From Azolla caroliniana (lineage: Eukaryota; Plantae; Polypodiophyta), in NCBI GenBank assembly GCA_043228905.1, contig JBHGNT010000007.1, positions 18,290,001 to 18,354,000 of the forward strand: a DNA stretch of 64,000 nt, in the 5' to 3' direction. The stretch's first letter is position 1, and the number at the start of each line of letters is the position of its first letter. The notes beneath the pieces were generated by a model that was not told the origin of the DNA, did no database searches, and was given only the letters and a program-made list of their open reading frames with translations. Of this stretch, positions 47,201 through 59,435 are shown piece after piece. A program made the translations under genes and the position numbers.

Positions 47201-50200
47201 GGCATGCAGACCCCAACAATCAGCCAAGAATATACTTCTTGTGTGTTTTCTAACTTTAGTTGTTTTCTTTTATTTTCCATGAATCTTGGATTTAGAGATA
47301 ACATAACATTTTAACAAACAGGAAGCTGATAAGGGAGGATATGCGGTCGGAGCTTTTAATGTTTATAATCTTGAAGGAGTAAAAGCAGTTGTAGCTGCAG
47401 CAGAAGCTGAAAAGAGCCCAGCCATCTTACAAGTATGTATATCTTGGACCTTGAACAATGGTACTTATCTGCAGTTCAGATTGTAATCTAACAATCTTAC
47501 AATTCTCTTACTTATAGATACATCCAAGTGCATGGAAACATGGTAAAGAGCCACTATTAGCGTGCTGCATTGCTGCAGCAAAGTCTGCTAAAGTAAGGAA
47601 AAGAGCATTCTTCTTTAGTACATTGAGCATGAATCCATCATTTTAGCTCACAAATTCACCTTGCATGCTTTGTTAAGGTTCCAATCACAGTTCATTTGGA
47701 CCATGGAGACGATGAACAAGCAATTGTTGCAGCATTAGACATGGTATGCTCATTAACTGTACAAGTTGTCTCATTATTCGAGTATAAGTTATATTGAAGA
47801 GTTTGGTTTCAGATCATTAGTTAGACGTTGATTATCATGGACATTAATTGAGCACATTATGGAAATCGAGGCAATCTTTCTAGATTCATCTCTGCGCTAT
47901 GATTTGAGACAGTAATCTGGCTAAGCTTATAGCACTGAAAAATATTTCCTTAATTTTTGCATCATCTCATATTAGAGCTTCTACTAGGATGTAAACTAGT
48001 ACAAGCATCTTAATCACTTCTTCCATTCCCTAAATATACAAACAAGCATGCTCATTTATGATTTGCTACATGATTAGGGCATAAATTGTGAGAAAAATAT
48101 GTAGCATGGGAAATTACTCTTTTGCTGTAGGAACTTGGCTGAGCAGAAAGTTACTAGAGCATATTCATTACCCATCCAAAAGTTAGATTTGGAAATCTAA
48201 ATTATCTCTCCACAGCCTGAAGGTGACTTTGTTTGTTCATTTGTCTCCATGAATGTGTTATATTCAATAGAATGTATGACAATAAACCAAATGCTTAATA
48301 TTTTGCATGAGGGATCAAACAATGAGTTCCCCGAATCACCTCCATTATCCACTTTTTAATATTTAATGTTAACCATATTTATCCAGTTCAATGTATTCGT
48401 AATGTTCTCTGGAATTCAGTTCAATAAGTTTTACAGGAGCAATCTGCAGAGCTAAAGTAGATTATTCCACCTTTTCCTTTATATTCCTTTCGTATCAGGG
48501 ATTTGATTCTGTCATGGTAGACTGTTCAAATCTTCCGTTTGAAGAGAATATGAAGTGTACAAAGCGCATCACGGAACTCGCACATGCAAAGGCTATACTT
48601 GTGGAAGCTGAACTAGGAAGATTGTCAGGTACAGAAGACGACATGAATGTGGAAGAATATGAAGAGAAACTGACTGACCCAGACCAGGTGTATATATGAA
48701 TGCTATAATCATAGTAAATCAAGATATGAATTTATTACAAGTGATTCCTTCTTTTTTCATAATTAAAGAATATCCGGGTGTTTTCAGGCAGAAGTTTTCT
48801 TGAAAGAGACTAAAGTGGACACCCTTGCGGTTTGCATTGGTAATGTGCATGGAAAGTACCCACCAACTGGTCCAAAGATACAACTTGATCTGCTTAAGGT
48901 ACTATCGCTTTCATATACAGTTACCAGTAAATCCTTAATTTGATTCTGCAGCACAGCACATAGAATAGATGTTTATCCATATAAGATGGGGTGATGATGA
49001 ATTCGTCCTTTGATGTATGTCAAAAGTTTCTTATAATAGTTCATCTTCCTCCCAAGTGATATTTTAGGGCTGATTCATGTTATCTTCTTGTTTTGGAAGT
49101 TAATAATATTAGTTTGAATCACTCTATTATTTTCCACTTTGGTCATGTTTAGATAGGGACAATCCAAGCTATATTGAAATGGGGTAATGCATTTGCACTT
49201 ATGCCATGTGACTCAAACCATTGCTGCATTTCAGTGTACAAACAATGAATGTCTCCCTGTGCAGCAAGTTTCTTGAGGACAAAGCTACCAACCTTGAGTA
49301 CCTTTGTTTAGGGAGCTCCCAAAGCCATTGAATAGTCCACTAGTCTCATCACTTGTGCCCCAACCCCTCGTCTCACATCGTAGTGAGTGTGAGCTAATTC
49401 ACATGGAAGCAATAGTTTGAATGGGAGACGATTGGATGATCTCTAACATATATTAATGTGTGTGGTTTCCTTATTGAGCAAAAGGAATATGGTTTTGTAG
49501 CTAGGTGCAACATATGTAGAATAATGTGTGAAGTGTGAGCCTCCACATTTTTCCCATGTCATAATACATTGGTGTTGCAAAATAGGCCTCATTCATAGAG
49601 GAATCTATTGATGCATCATTAAGCAAGTGTGTTGCATCCCATCTGCCAAACCATTTTTCCACATATTTCATACAACCTAAACACAAAAGTTTGCTTTTAT
49701 ATGCTATCATTTGGATCTTTTTTCTTGCTTTCCATGTGATTCTAGGAAGCCGACGTAAGGGACGTTTTTGAACCTTAAGCATGTATTCTACAATCTTTTC
49801 CTTGGCCATGATATTGAATAAATGGTGTAGAGAATCAAGCTCAACTTGTGTGAACATGTGCTTATAAAGAAAAAGCACAGTGTGTGAAAAAATGCGTGAG
49901 CACACTTTATTGTAATCCATATAGTTGTCAAGTATAAATTTGGTCAAAGAATATCAGATATTCTTATGACTGGATCGTACTCGAGTGGATATCTTGATTT
50001 GATTCCACCAACCACATTTAATGTGGCAGTCCCTTGAGGACTTGTATATAAAACCCCCTTTGCCCATTGTGTTTAGTTGATGATCTCTATTTGATTAATA
50101 TAGTTTTCTCTTTAGTGCATAAGCTTTCACCCCCCTAGGTGTATTTTATTATTTCTGGTTATTTTTCCTGATTCCTTCCCTTGTTCACAAATCTACTCCA

Positions 50201-50868
50201 ACACACGCACTATGCTTCTGCATGCCCTGACTCTATGAAAATTAGATTCTTTACATGGTATCAATGACTTAAAGAAAGACTGCTAGTTGGTTAAAGGCTT
50301 AGTCAATTAAAAAAGGTATTTTGAAGGAAAAGAGTGCCTAAATGATAGGAATACAAATAAATGAAGAGTTTCATGACTATTAAAGTACTCAACAAGCTAT
50401 ACTTAGCTTGTGCATCCAAACACATCGCGTCCAGAAGCTAAAACTCATGACATGATTATTGTGCTTCCAGAAGCTGAAACTCGTCACATCCAAACACAAC
50501 ACCCTCTTGGTCTTACATGGAGCATCAGGCCTTCCGGAAGAAATAGTTAAGGTATATTACAGTCGCTTTTTTCCAGTGATATAACTTTTCAGCTCTATGT
50601 ATTAGAAGCAATAATAACTGCTGTATTAGATTGTTATAGTAAAATAAAAAGATATTGTGATATATACCAATGTTTAAACATCTAGGAATGCATTGAAATT
50701 GGTGTGCGTAAGTTCAATGTGAACACGGAAGTGCGGACAGCATATGTGGATGCTGTTAAAAAGACCAACAAAGACCTTCTCGACGTCATGCGATCTGCCG
50801 AGGCTGCAATGCAAGCAGTTGTTGCACAAAAATTAGCTCTTTTCGGTTCATCTGGCAAAGCCCCTTAA
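16201..50868 (+). CDS. Ketose-bisphosphate aldolase class-II family fusion protein (At1g18270-like): 2x beta-hydroxyacid dehydrogenase + DUF1537/OtnK-like four-carbon acid-sugar kinase + class II aldolase; 42 coding exons, 1393 aa
   Basis: Manual GT-AG model with consistent phases, total 4182 nt. Exons: 16201-16308, 18288-18366, 18817-18888, 18983-19063, 20022-20086, 20207-20261, 21909-21957, 22203-22340, 24218-24302, 25166-25244, 27604-27650, 27871-28065, 29759-29834, 30567-30647, 30962-31042, 32433-32509, 32587-32641, 32729-32777, 35912-36049, 36164-36245, 36316-36394, 36949-36995, 37093-37364, 37493-37580, 37653-37769, 37852-37970, 38071-38143, 38222-38341, 39341-39409, 39492-39662, 39941-39988, 40070-40211, 40313-40410, 45980-46124, 47155-47240, 47322-47432, 47518-47592, 47678-47743, 48499-48687, 48788-48898, 50471-50551, 50686-50868. 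Motifs: VGFIGLGAMG, VDAPVSGG, VVLDDDPTG, RGDSTLRGH, VVGSYVPKSTKQ, AKGGITSSD, VFPGNVG, YAVGAFN, VHLDHG, EAELG, IGNVHG, VLHGASG, KFNVNTE. Confidence 0.92.
16410..18170. repeat. Highly degenerate T-rich minisatellite (~95-100 bp units) filling intron 1
   Basis: Recurring 'aattctgcttct...cataagaatttgtcaccatttt...ttttgcaatctagattt' blocks, interrupted by (CT)n and a LINE 3' end at 17145-17520. Confidence 0.65.
17205..17490 (+). mobile_element. 5'-truncated LINE copy (3' end with (TTTC)n tail)
   Basis: Near-identical to 27314-27596; ends ...aggccattttggcctcttaaaagacgttaatatatc(tttc)n; flanked by (CT)n tracts. Confidence 0.88.
20466..20666 (+). mobile_element. 5'-truncated LINE copy (3' end)
   Basis: Same 3' terminal sequence and (TTTC)n tail as the other copies. 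Confidence 0.85.
20845..21172 (-). mobile_element. 5'-truncated LINE copy (3' end), antisense
   Basis: (GAAA)n followed by gatatattaacgtcttttaagaggccaaaatggcctataagacc...gaagcacctacgatggcgggagata, the reverse complement of the family 3' end. Confidence 0.88.
21263..21729 (-). mobile_element. Solo LTR (467 bp) with a perfect 5-bp target-site duplication
   Basis: TGTT...AACA termini; CTTGT on both sides (21258-21262 and 21730-21734); TATAAATAGG on the minus strand at ~21451-21460. Confidence 0.85.
23004..23950. mobile_element. Cluster of LINE fragments: antisense 3' ends at 23004-23490, a short sense end at ~23560-23600, and an ORF2 remnant at 23700-23950
   Basis: The family 3' motif recurs; the peptide HHYWYAEMQECLESH resembles GCWYAELQEWSKLHG at 45312-45515 (-). 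Confidence 0.65.
25323..27596 (+). mobile_element. Non-LTR retrotransposon (LINE, RTEX/CR1-like): ORF1 C-terminal part, APE endonuclease, RT internally deleted, intact 3' end
   Basis: ORF1 25323-25670 (ALIIRF...RKALKGEKIYLDDDLTPAQ). ORF2 from ATG 25677: IWNCNG, YTETH, RGSGGVA, CYFPP, LLGDFNA*T, STVDYL, ADHAYL, with in-frame stops at 26148 and ~26163. At ~27195 it jumps to the family 3' end. (TTTC)n tail; TSD TATGA (25318-25322 and 27597-27601). Clade assignment is inference. Confidence 0.9.
28470..29566 (+). mobile_element. LTR-like repeat in intron 12, related to 14573-15406
   Basis: Shared colinear motifs; TATAAAA at ~28753; short internal tandem repeats at 29340-29550; ends GGTTACA. No TSD found and the 5' boundary is uncertain. 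Confidence 0.5.
30695..30927 (+). mobile_element. 5'-truncated LINE copy with an (ATTC)n tail variant
   Basis: Family 3' motif ending gacgttagtatatcattcattcattc, ~35 nt upstream of the exon 15 acceptor. Confidence 0.75.
33400..35560 (+). mobile_element. Old, decayed sense LINE body interrupted by a younger antisense copy
   Basis: 33775-34275 aligns to 26118-26830 (ctattaggggacttt, tcagatgctttgacatg, agcacagttgatta) and resumes at ~35015 (ctaggacaagaaagt...catggaaaatgtttaat, cf. 26901-26945). Confidence 0.7.
34277..34990 (-). mobile_element. Antisense LINE 3' portion (~710 bp) including the ORF2 C-terminus
   Basis: Minus strand reads HYVCHYSVFYEIRGRNHCLFKQGFGPLRKVMEYEDQRCLGLFLLEL...CFPRFGDISILDRPMLEIFRRQKIQYI, then 3' UTR and (TTTC)n. 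Confidence 0.88.
41500..41870 (-). mobile_element. Diverged antisense LINE 3' end
   Basis: gaaagaaagatatattaa...gaccaaactggcctatcagac...gatggagaagtgtctgaagtgagg, colinear with 34290-34695. Confidence 0.7.
41875..43945 (-). mobile_element. Decayed Ty1/copia 5' half (LTR end, PBS, gag, protease, start of integrase) in intron 33
   Basis: On the minus strand: LTR end ...TTCTTTACA (43812), PBS TGGTATCAAAG (43811-43801), NYASWEYKMHQYL, WFVDSGASNH, ELWLKRIGHVN, IHSDVWGP, FVTFIDDYS. Frameshifted. A LINE 3' end is inserted in gag at ~43520-43618. Confidence 0.85.
43945..44028 (-). mobile_element. Very short LINE 3' end abutting the copia LTR
   Basis: gaagaaagaaagatatattaacgtcttttaagaggccaaaatggcctataagaccaaacaagagattacatcttaagtgttg. 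Confidence 0.85.
44360..45600 (-). mobile_element. Diverged antisense LINE 3' region (ORF2 C-terminus), interrupted by a 5S copy
   Basis: ORF 44707-44922 (ELTGHRENLLKNNTIIAHQQRTITTFFS) is paralogous to 34494-34829; a peptide resembling SSHELEIEIG lies near 45065-45100; WYAELQEW at ~45490. Confidence 0.75.
45124..45242 (+). rRNA. Solitary full-length 5S rRNA copy (119 nt), probably a pseudogene
   Basis: tgatacagtcataccagcgttaatacaccagatgccatcagaactctgcagtaag...ggatgggtgacctcctgggaagtccttgtgttgcatcc is colinear with the plant 5S consensus (GGATGCGATCATACCAGCACTAATGCACCGGATCCCATCAGAACTCC...GGATGGGTGACCTCCTGGGAAGTCCTCGTGTTGCA), and is followed by TTTT at 45243-45246. Confidence 0.88.
46797..46925 (-). 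mobile_element. Short antisense LINE 3' end
   Basis: Family terminal motif: ttaacgtcttgtaagagaccaaaatggcttataagaccaaacaagagattacatcttaagtgttgtctc. Confidence 0.8.
49950..50264 (+). mobile_element. Copia LTR remnant with PBS in intron 40, same family as 43812-43945
   Basis: ...acacgcactatgct...ttagattctttaca followed by TGGTATCAA (50256-50264) matches the reverse complement of 43801-43900. The 5' boundary is approximate. Confidence 0.65.
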
Positions 50869-53800
50869 TATTAGAGGTCAACATTAGGCTTGGTGTAATG
50901 AAGGAATTTTGATCATCATCCTTAGTGGAAGAAAAATAAAATGAAATGAAATCATAAGCTACATTCTAGCTTGGATAGCTGCATTCTAGAAATATCATTC
51001 ATTTCATTGATTAAAATGGCATGAAAAATGGAATGCATCGACAATTTATGACATTTCACATGACATGTTATCTGATTATTTCTCTGCAATCAAAGTTTGA
51101 ATGAATCACTTTCTGAATCCAGAATTTCCTGGATATTGGGTAATGATGATACAAAGAAAATGGGTCATGCTATATCTATTATTTCCATTAGGTATCCAAT
51201 GATACGAAATGCATGGTATATTAAAATTTAGTAGAATGTGTAGTTGCAAATCAATTTATCTTTATGTGTGTATATACCCATTTTTATGATATGAAAAATG
51301 CTTTATATTCTCACAATATAGTTGAAAGTTGTTGAAATCTCGCACTTCAATTAATGGTCTCAATTTGGCGTGCATTTGTACCTTTGGTAATAATATTATA
51401 GCTGCATTAAATCTATTCCACTATAGTAGTTAAAACTCTTCTTCTTCTTCTTTTTCCAAAAACAGTAGTTAAAACTCTTTGTTATTGGGTTGAATTGTGT
51501 GCCTACATGCACCTCTCCAAAGTAAATTGTATTGATTTGGTGTATCAACTTTTGGGATGACTTTCTTTCCCTCATGATTACTTAAGGATGTGGTGTTACG
51601 TCAAGACGAGTAGTATGATTGAAATAAGTTAATTGTTAATCATAGATTTCCTAGCATAAATAGTAGCAAATAGTTATTCAATTTTTACTTTGTTGTCCAT
51701 AGTAGTATTTTAGGTATATAACAAACCCCATCAATGCATTATAGCCATCTCATGCGCCATCAAGTTAGCACAAAATCATATCCCAGCAAAAATATTGGTG
51801 GAGTAATTATTAGAGCAAATGCCTAGATATGCACAATTATCCCTATTTAATAACTCTTTTCTTGAACCAAGGGAGTAGTCCTTGGTTATATGTCATATGT
51901 TTTTAAGAGGTGGTTGATGACATGTTCCTCATTCTTCTTCTCTTGAAATGTTTATTCAAGTTTGAGATAAATACTCGTTGGAAATCATATAGTGTCTTGA
52001 GATTGCATGCAACTATTGATGGAAAAATCTCAAATTTGCAATGTGTAATAAATGCAATCATGGATTGTTTACGAACAATTGTAGTACAAAAGGGAAACCT
52101 TGCAATCATGTAGTGTCTTCCAATGAATTGTAGTACAAAAGAGAAGCCTTGCAACCTTGGGTGTCTACCATTGTGAGTCTTCTCCGACTTGATATGGCTC
52201 ATGTCCCCTTCCTATCTTATATAAAAAAATCCCAACCACTAAAATGCATAGCTTGGTCAGATAAATTTGCACATCATTGGGATATGGCAAATTCAACCAA
52301 TGGATAGATTCTCAAGAGAGAGAGAATCCTTGTTACATGCTTTTTTGATCTTGCTATATTTTATAGTAGTAAAAGATCAACTTTTTGAATAATCAATATT
52401 GGAAGTTGGTGAATTAACAGTTTTTTGGGTATAGAAATGATACACACATTATGCTTTGGTGTCTATGGTGTTGTTAAAATTTGGATCTCGTGGAGAGTGA
52501 GTTTTGTGAGAAATATGTGACTCGTACAATATATACATAATAAGTTATACAAGAATAACAAGACAATTCATATTCAAGCCCAATGTAAAAAACATTAGTT
52601 TATATCTAACACAATATACCAATATGATTAAATGAAATTATTCATTGTAAAATTTTTATGTTCTATTAGTAAGGTTCGTTTTTTTGAGTTACGGTTATGG
52701 ATTTTAGTCTCAGTCATGGAGTCAAGTGTTGCATTTAATGTAGAACAAATTAACCTAAAGTCATGTAAAGTAATAATATCCTTGTAAAAGTATGGTTTCA
52801 CAAATTTGCATTCATTTTCTCATTTTGAGACCATGCATATAAAACATTTTTTTGCTCCTTAAAATATGGCTTTATAGATTCCCTTTGATTATAGCCTACC
52901 TTTATATTAAGAATAAGCACAACATTATGTTGTAACCATAGGAAATTAATAGTACTGTCATGCAAGTCCCTACATGCAAATGAATTGTAAAGGCACATAT
53001 CAATATCAAGGTGGAAGGCAATAATAGCAACTTTGATCTTTAGAAATTTGTATTGATAAGGTGGAAGGCAATAAGAGCAAGTCCCTACACTGAGTTCGTT
53101 AGCTATTGGCAATTATATCATAAGTGCGAGAACAAGGCTAAATTTAAAAAATCGATACATAACAAACATATGTGTTGAGTATCAATCATAGAGTCACATT
53201 TCCATTACAAATCAACATTATCACTAAAATCTTTCATAAAGTCTATGGCCTTCTTATGTGAGTATTATGTCCATTTTTTCCATGTTGCCCACATTGCTTT
53301 GAATGAGCAATCATCAAAGTTCATATGCGATGCAAGGTAATTTTATTTTTGGCACTAGAGCCTCAATTTTGCAATTCTTGCCTTTTAAAGGTAAATGCAA
53401 TCATATTCACTGTTTGTAATGTTGGGACAAAAATTCCAATGTACTGTATCTTGGTAGCAAGGCACTAGTCTACACAAAAAACTAGATATTTGAGAAGAAT
53501 TTTTGTAATCAAAACAACGTGAACCCATTCATCAAGACTCAAAATCACAACCTGAATTTTTTGAAGTCTTTATCACCACTCAATAATGTTTGTATGTTTA
53601 CAATTTGAGGCTTAGAATTTAGGAATGCAACTTGAGGTTTCTTTTTACTTCAGGCTTTAGTATAAAATTATTTTGTTCCAAATGGCATTTCCTTATGAGA
53701 TGATTTTTCTTTACATCGAGGAGCAAAACAATTGTGTCCAACCTTTTTCAACATGTAATTGTAATCTCATTTTGACCATCCTCATATATATTGCATATGA

Positions 53801-56352
53801 AGCTCCACCCTAGTTCATTAACCATATGTTGTCATATCACATTTTCTGCAATTTGGCCATATTCAACCAAATTCTAATTAGGGAACCTACTCAAGCATGA
53901 GAATGGGAAAGGTCATAGATATAATCGTACATGGTTCCAAATTTTAGTATTCTCCAAACTACATATGTATGTTTGTCTATATACAACACCATATATTGTT
54001 CAATCTATGTATTTAAATATGTGGAAAACAACCAATACCGCCTAGTCAATGATTGGACAAAAACAAATGTTGGGAGGTTTTCCCACCACCCTTTGTCATT
54101 TTCTTGATATAAGAAATGTTTACAATATGATGTTTATAACCATAAACAGGTGATCATAACGAACATAGGAGAGGTGTCTAGCCACAATAAATATAATGAA
54201 TTCAGTATAAATAAACACTTATCTCTTTCATGATGATGCATTGACTATTATGTGCCATTGATGAAAACCTTGACACAAACTATAACAAAGGATTATTTTA
54301 TTGTGACTCATCACAAAAACACATCAATCAATAAACAATAAGGATGGTGTCCTCATAAAACCAAATTCGTAAAGTCAATCGCTCTATCAGCCCCATGCAT
54401 TATGTCTACCCAGATATTATTCTCATACATCTATGGGCATACCTATATTAGAATAATATCTACGTAGACCTAAGGTGTTGAACTAAAAATGGATTAGAAT
54501 AATATCTATGTAGACATAAAGCATACCTTCCCACACATAACCACATTGTATTGTCAATAACTACTAACCACTTCACAATAAGAAGTAATGGCTACATTAC
54601 CATGTAATCATTACCTACATTACGAAGTAATAATTTAGGGAAGTTGCACCTTATAATGTTACACATTTAGTTATGCCTCCACTACCTTAACTCATAATTA
54701 TTTGGCATTCATTGACAAAATAAGTAAGAATGAGACCATTCTAACCATTTAGAAGTGACGTGTCTATCTGCACCTAAATCATAAATAGTCTTAGCGAGGG
54801 AATTCTGACCACGGACGGTGCAGGTCGCTTAGCTAAGGGTGCATGCGATTTGCACCGTTCGATTTGGATAAAAGAAAGGGCGCCAATAAAAAGTTGACAC
54901 CATTTGTCAGCAGAACACCCGATGGTTCAATATCTAAACACCTTGCTTCTCAAAAGACGCCCTACTCACACCTTGCTCATAGGAAGATGCCCTACTCACA
55001 CTTTTCAGATTCCCTGCTCATTGGAAAATACCTTGCTTACATTAGGAAGACGCCCTACTCACACCCTTCGCACACTTTACTCCTTCGAAGACGCCTTGCT
55101 ACATTTTTTAGACACCATGCTCATTTCAAGACACCCCCCGCTCATAATAGGAAGACGCCCTACTTATAAATATTGAGCAACCCAACTTACAAGGGTTTAG
55201 GGTATAAAACCTGCTCCTTGTCGATTTTTTGACATTTTTCAAATTAAAGTTTGTGGTTTTTGGAGGGATAGCTGATAGCCATCAACATGCAACAAAAAAC
55301 CACCTGCACCTACATCACGATCAACATCGCCACCTGCAAATCATTCAAGTTTGTATTTTAGGGTTTTGGGATTGTATTACTATGTTAATATTATTAAAAT
55401 GTTAGTTTACATGGATTGTTAAAATGTGGCATAGCTTTTGATGTGATATGAAACTATTTGGTTGAGACTTGAATCTTACCTAGTGAGTAAGTCACTTATA
55501 GCATATGGTTTCCTCGTTAAAAAGTTTTGTGTTCACATTGCCCATGTTTATCCCACCACCTATTTGTTTCTAATATAATATTGTTGTCCAAATGTAAAAA
55601 TAAAAAAATGTAACACTTGGACTTTAACATCAACATTCGATTGGTATTCATAGTTTTTATAACAGTATGTCAATGATAAGCTACATAGGTTAAATATGAT
55701 TTCTCTTACATTTTTCATTCATGTGTTTTATTACAACAATATGGGCTTGAGATTATGTGTGAATGTACTGATATGCATCTATTTACCATTATTTCTATGT
55801 TCCTTAATCTTCAAGGTTTCATACTAAAATAGGATGAAATGTTAAAATGGGATAATAATGTTAAAATGGATTGGACCTTATGTATTGTATATGTTTTTGG
55901 GGGTTTAGGGTTTGTTAGAATGGATTGTAAATTTTGTATAGGCGCTAGGGTTTAGTATTTTCCGAATTGAAAAATGGGATTGTACATATTTTGTATATTC
56001 TTGATAATGTTACAATGGATTGAACCTTATGGATTGTTTAGTGTTTTGGGGGTTTAGGTTTGACATATTTGGTTATAGATTGCTTGTCAAAGATGGCTGT
56101 GAAGTACAAAGACTTTGAAATGGAAGATGCCGATTGGGATGATGCATATCACTCTGAAGGGAGGTATGTGATTTCTTCATACTTGCATTTGAATAACAGT
56201 TATGCATGTGTGTTAACCTTTGTTTTGAATTTAGAGTTTTCGTGAGAAGGGGTCATAGAAAAAACATAGCTGCGAAGATGGAGGCTCAAAACAACATGGA
56301 GACGACAACGATAGTTCGAAGCCTTCAGTTGGACCCCATATACCGAAACATG

Positions 56353-59300
56353 TGTTAGGAGCGCCATCATCTGATGTGGAACAAGATCAACACTCCTCTC
56401 TAGTGGAATATTATAAGTAGATACAAGATCACAGTTGATTGATGGCAGCATAGACAAATAAAATAGGAATGCAGCTAGTGCGTTAGAGAGAGAGAGAAAT
56501 AATTAAGCACAATTCAGAATATATTGCAATAGCCACAAGGAACAACCACATAACTAGGTTACAAAGTCAGTTTATATACTGACTGACTTAGGGCAACTGC
56601 CCTTCTCACTATTTACATAAGTAGCCTAAGCCTAGTGTGTACAAAGGAAACGGTGTGAATACGTCAATTAGAAGCCCGTATTCAACACTCCCTTGTAATG
56701 GGCGTATACATCTGAAATCTGTAAACCAAAATGAATGTACAATAGAGATTGATATAAGGTTTCCGAACAATCGAGAATTTGTTCGAATCGGTGAACTCCG
56801 AAGAGCAGAAGGCCAGATTGGTTGAGTTCAGAGAGACTAAAGCCGAAGTTTGAACTATCCAGGTCTATTGTTTGAGAAAGATCCCGGGTGTCCGATTTAT
56901 TCGAACTGATTCTTCATTACGCCCATTTAATGCCGAAGGCATCGAGATCGATTCGCCAAGAGACACTTGGTCATTGCATCCGCAATGTTATCGGTCGTAA
57001 GTACCTTCTCAAGGATGATTTTCCCTTGAATGACACAATCCTGAACGAAATGATATCGAACATCGATATGCTTGGAGGCGTTGTGATGACAGAGCAACAA
57101 CACCCTGACTGTCACTGTAAACAATTGGAACCGAGCCGATTTTGGCTTGTTGAAACGTGTAGGCCAGTCGAGCAAGCCATAAGGCCTCTTTTGCAGCATC
57201 AGGTGTGACTACGTATTCGACCTTGGTCGTAGATGTGGCGGTGCATCCTGAAGTTTCGATTTCCATGAGATCGCTCCATTGCCAAGTTTAAAACAAAATC
57301 CGGTTGTTGATTTACGGCTGTCTACGCAACCTGCAAAGTCCAAGTCGGTGTATCCAACTACGCTTGAGATGTCGTTCAGACCGAATAGAATACCAAGGTC
57401 TTTTGTGCCCACCAGATATCTGAACACATGCTTGATTGCGTTCCAATGCGATCGGCCAAGATTGTGCATAAATCTACTAACAACTCCAACAGTGTGAGCG
57501 ATGTTAGGTCGTGTCGTGACCATGGCATACATTAGGAAGCCTATTGTCGGTGCATACGGTACCGACTTCATAATCTCCCCCTTCGAACCGGATTCCGAGT
57601 ACTAATGGGGAGTAGGGTTGAAGCAGATTTTGCTGATTGCATGTTGAAGCGTGCCAAGACACGTCCAATGTAGTCGGATTGAGATAGAAACAATTGTCTT
57701 CGATTTCGATTCCAACTTATTTTCATGCCAAGAATGTGTCAAGCCGGACCAAGATCCTTCATGGAAAACTTCAACCGTAGTTGCTGAACAAGTTTGGTGA
57801 GTTCTCAAGCATGGTGACTTGAGATGAGCATGTCTTCCACGTAGACGATGAAGAAGATGGGTGATCCATCCCAAGCTGTTTTCGTGAAGAGACAGTGGTC
57901 CTCATCGTGCTTTGAGAAGTCGATCGATTGGATAAAGTCATCGAACTTCTTGTACCACTGTTGCGGCGCTTGTTTCAGGCCGTAAAGACTCTTCCACGAA
58001 GCCTTTCAGCTGCTCCATATAAATTTCCTCAAGATCACCATGGAGGAAAGCCGTTTTGACATCTAGTTGAATTAGATGTTCTTGGCCGGATACCACGAAG
58101 CCTTTCGGCTACTCCATATAAATTTCCTCCTCAAGATCACCATGGAGGAAAGCCGTTTTGACATCTAGTTGAATCAGTTCCAAATTCTCGGCGGCCACTA
58201 CACCGAGCATAAAGAGAAGGGTGGTCATTCTCACCACTGGTGAGAAAATTTCGTCGAACACCATATTCCTGTTGAAAACCCTTTGCTACTAATCTGGCCT
58301 TAAATTTCGGGGTGGCCGAATCAGGCATCTCCTTAACTCGATAAACCCACTTACACAGAAGAGCACGTCGATTCTTCCGTAATTCGACCAAGTCCCAAGT
58401 GTTGTTTGCACGAATGGAGTTCATTTCGGATTCCATTGCCAGATGCCAGGTGGCCGAGTCGGCTGATGTCAATGCTTCTTCGCATGATGTCGGTTCTCCG
58501 GCGTTCGTGAAGAAGATACCATGAGAGTATCTCTCCGGGGTTGCGACAGTCTCTCGGAGCATCGAGGTATGACTGGACAGGTCGCATCGGGTGTCGTGGC
58601 CGGATGGTCCAAGCCGAGTCATTTGGCTGTGCCGTGTTTGACGTTGTCGAGTCGGTGTTAGAGGGTTCAACTACCCATGAAGTTGACCGTTGTCGTGAAG
58701 ATTTTCGTCCACAAGCGGAAACCCGAGCAACATTGCACACGTACATAATGTATTTGTAATAGTAATAAAGGTATAAAGGTGATGTGGTTGTACGCACATC
58801 CATGAGAGAGAGAGAGAGAGAGGTACTATGCGGTACATAGGTGCCTAGTTGTTTGTGAGGAGGTGGGAGTTAAGGGGCCATCAATCTCACCCTCCCCCAA
58901 ATCAAGGCAAATATCCCCTTTGAATGAAAGGGGATATTTTAGTCTCACTTTTGTAAATGGTCTTCCCTCCTTGTGCTATAAAAGGAGAGAGAATGCACCA
59001 TTGTGGGGGTTGCCCATTTTGCATTCAAGGGTATACCGTTAGGTTTAGAGTTAGGTTTCTTCTTCTTCTTCTTCCTCCTTTGTGTTCGTTTAGGGTTTGC
59101 TTCAGCTCATCTCCTGCGCAAGACCCCGCTCGGCGCGACGAGCCCGTGAGCTCCCCGACGACGGCTTGGCAGCAAACGACTACTGTAACCTACCTCAGTC
59201 CGGCTCGAAGCCGAGAATGTATTCTTCTTTTTATATACATATATACGTTTGCGTTTGTCTGTGTATATTCGCGTCTTCGTTGGTGTCGGGTGCTTCCCCT

Positions 59301-59388
59301 CTCCTGCACTTCCTGTACTTAAGGGTGTGAGTCAGGCTGGCCTGTGTGTGTGTGTGTGTGTGAGTGAGTGTGCGTGAGTCGGTGTTAA

Positions 59389-59435
<47 letters not shown>

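Noticed and set aside
51000-54750. AT-rich region with short ORFs, possibly a decayed transposon
   Set aside because: No motif, terminal structure or repeat that I could support.
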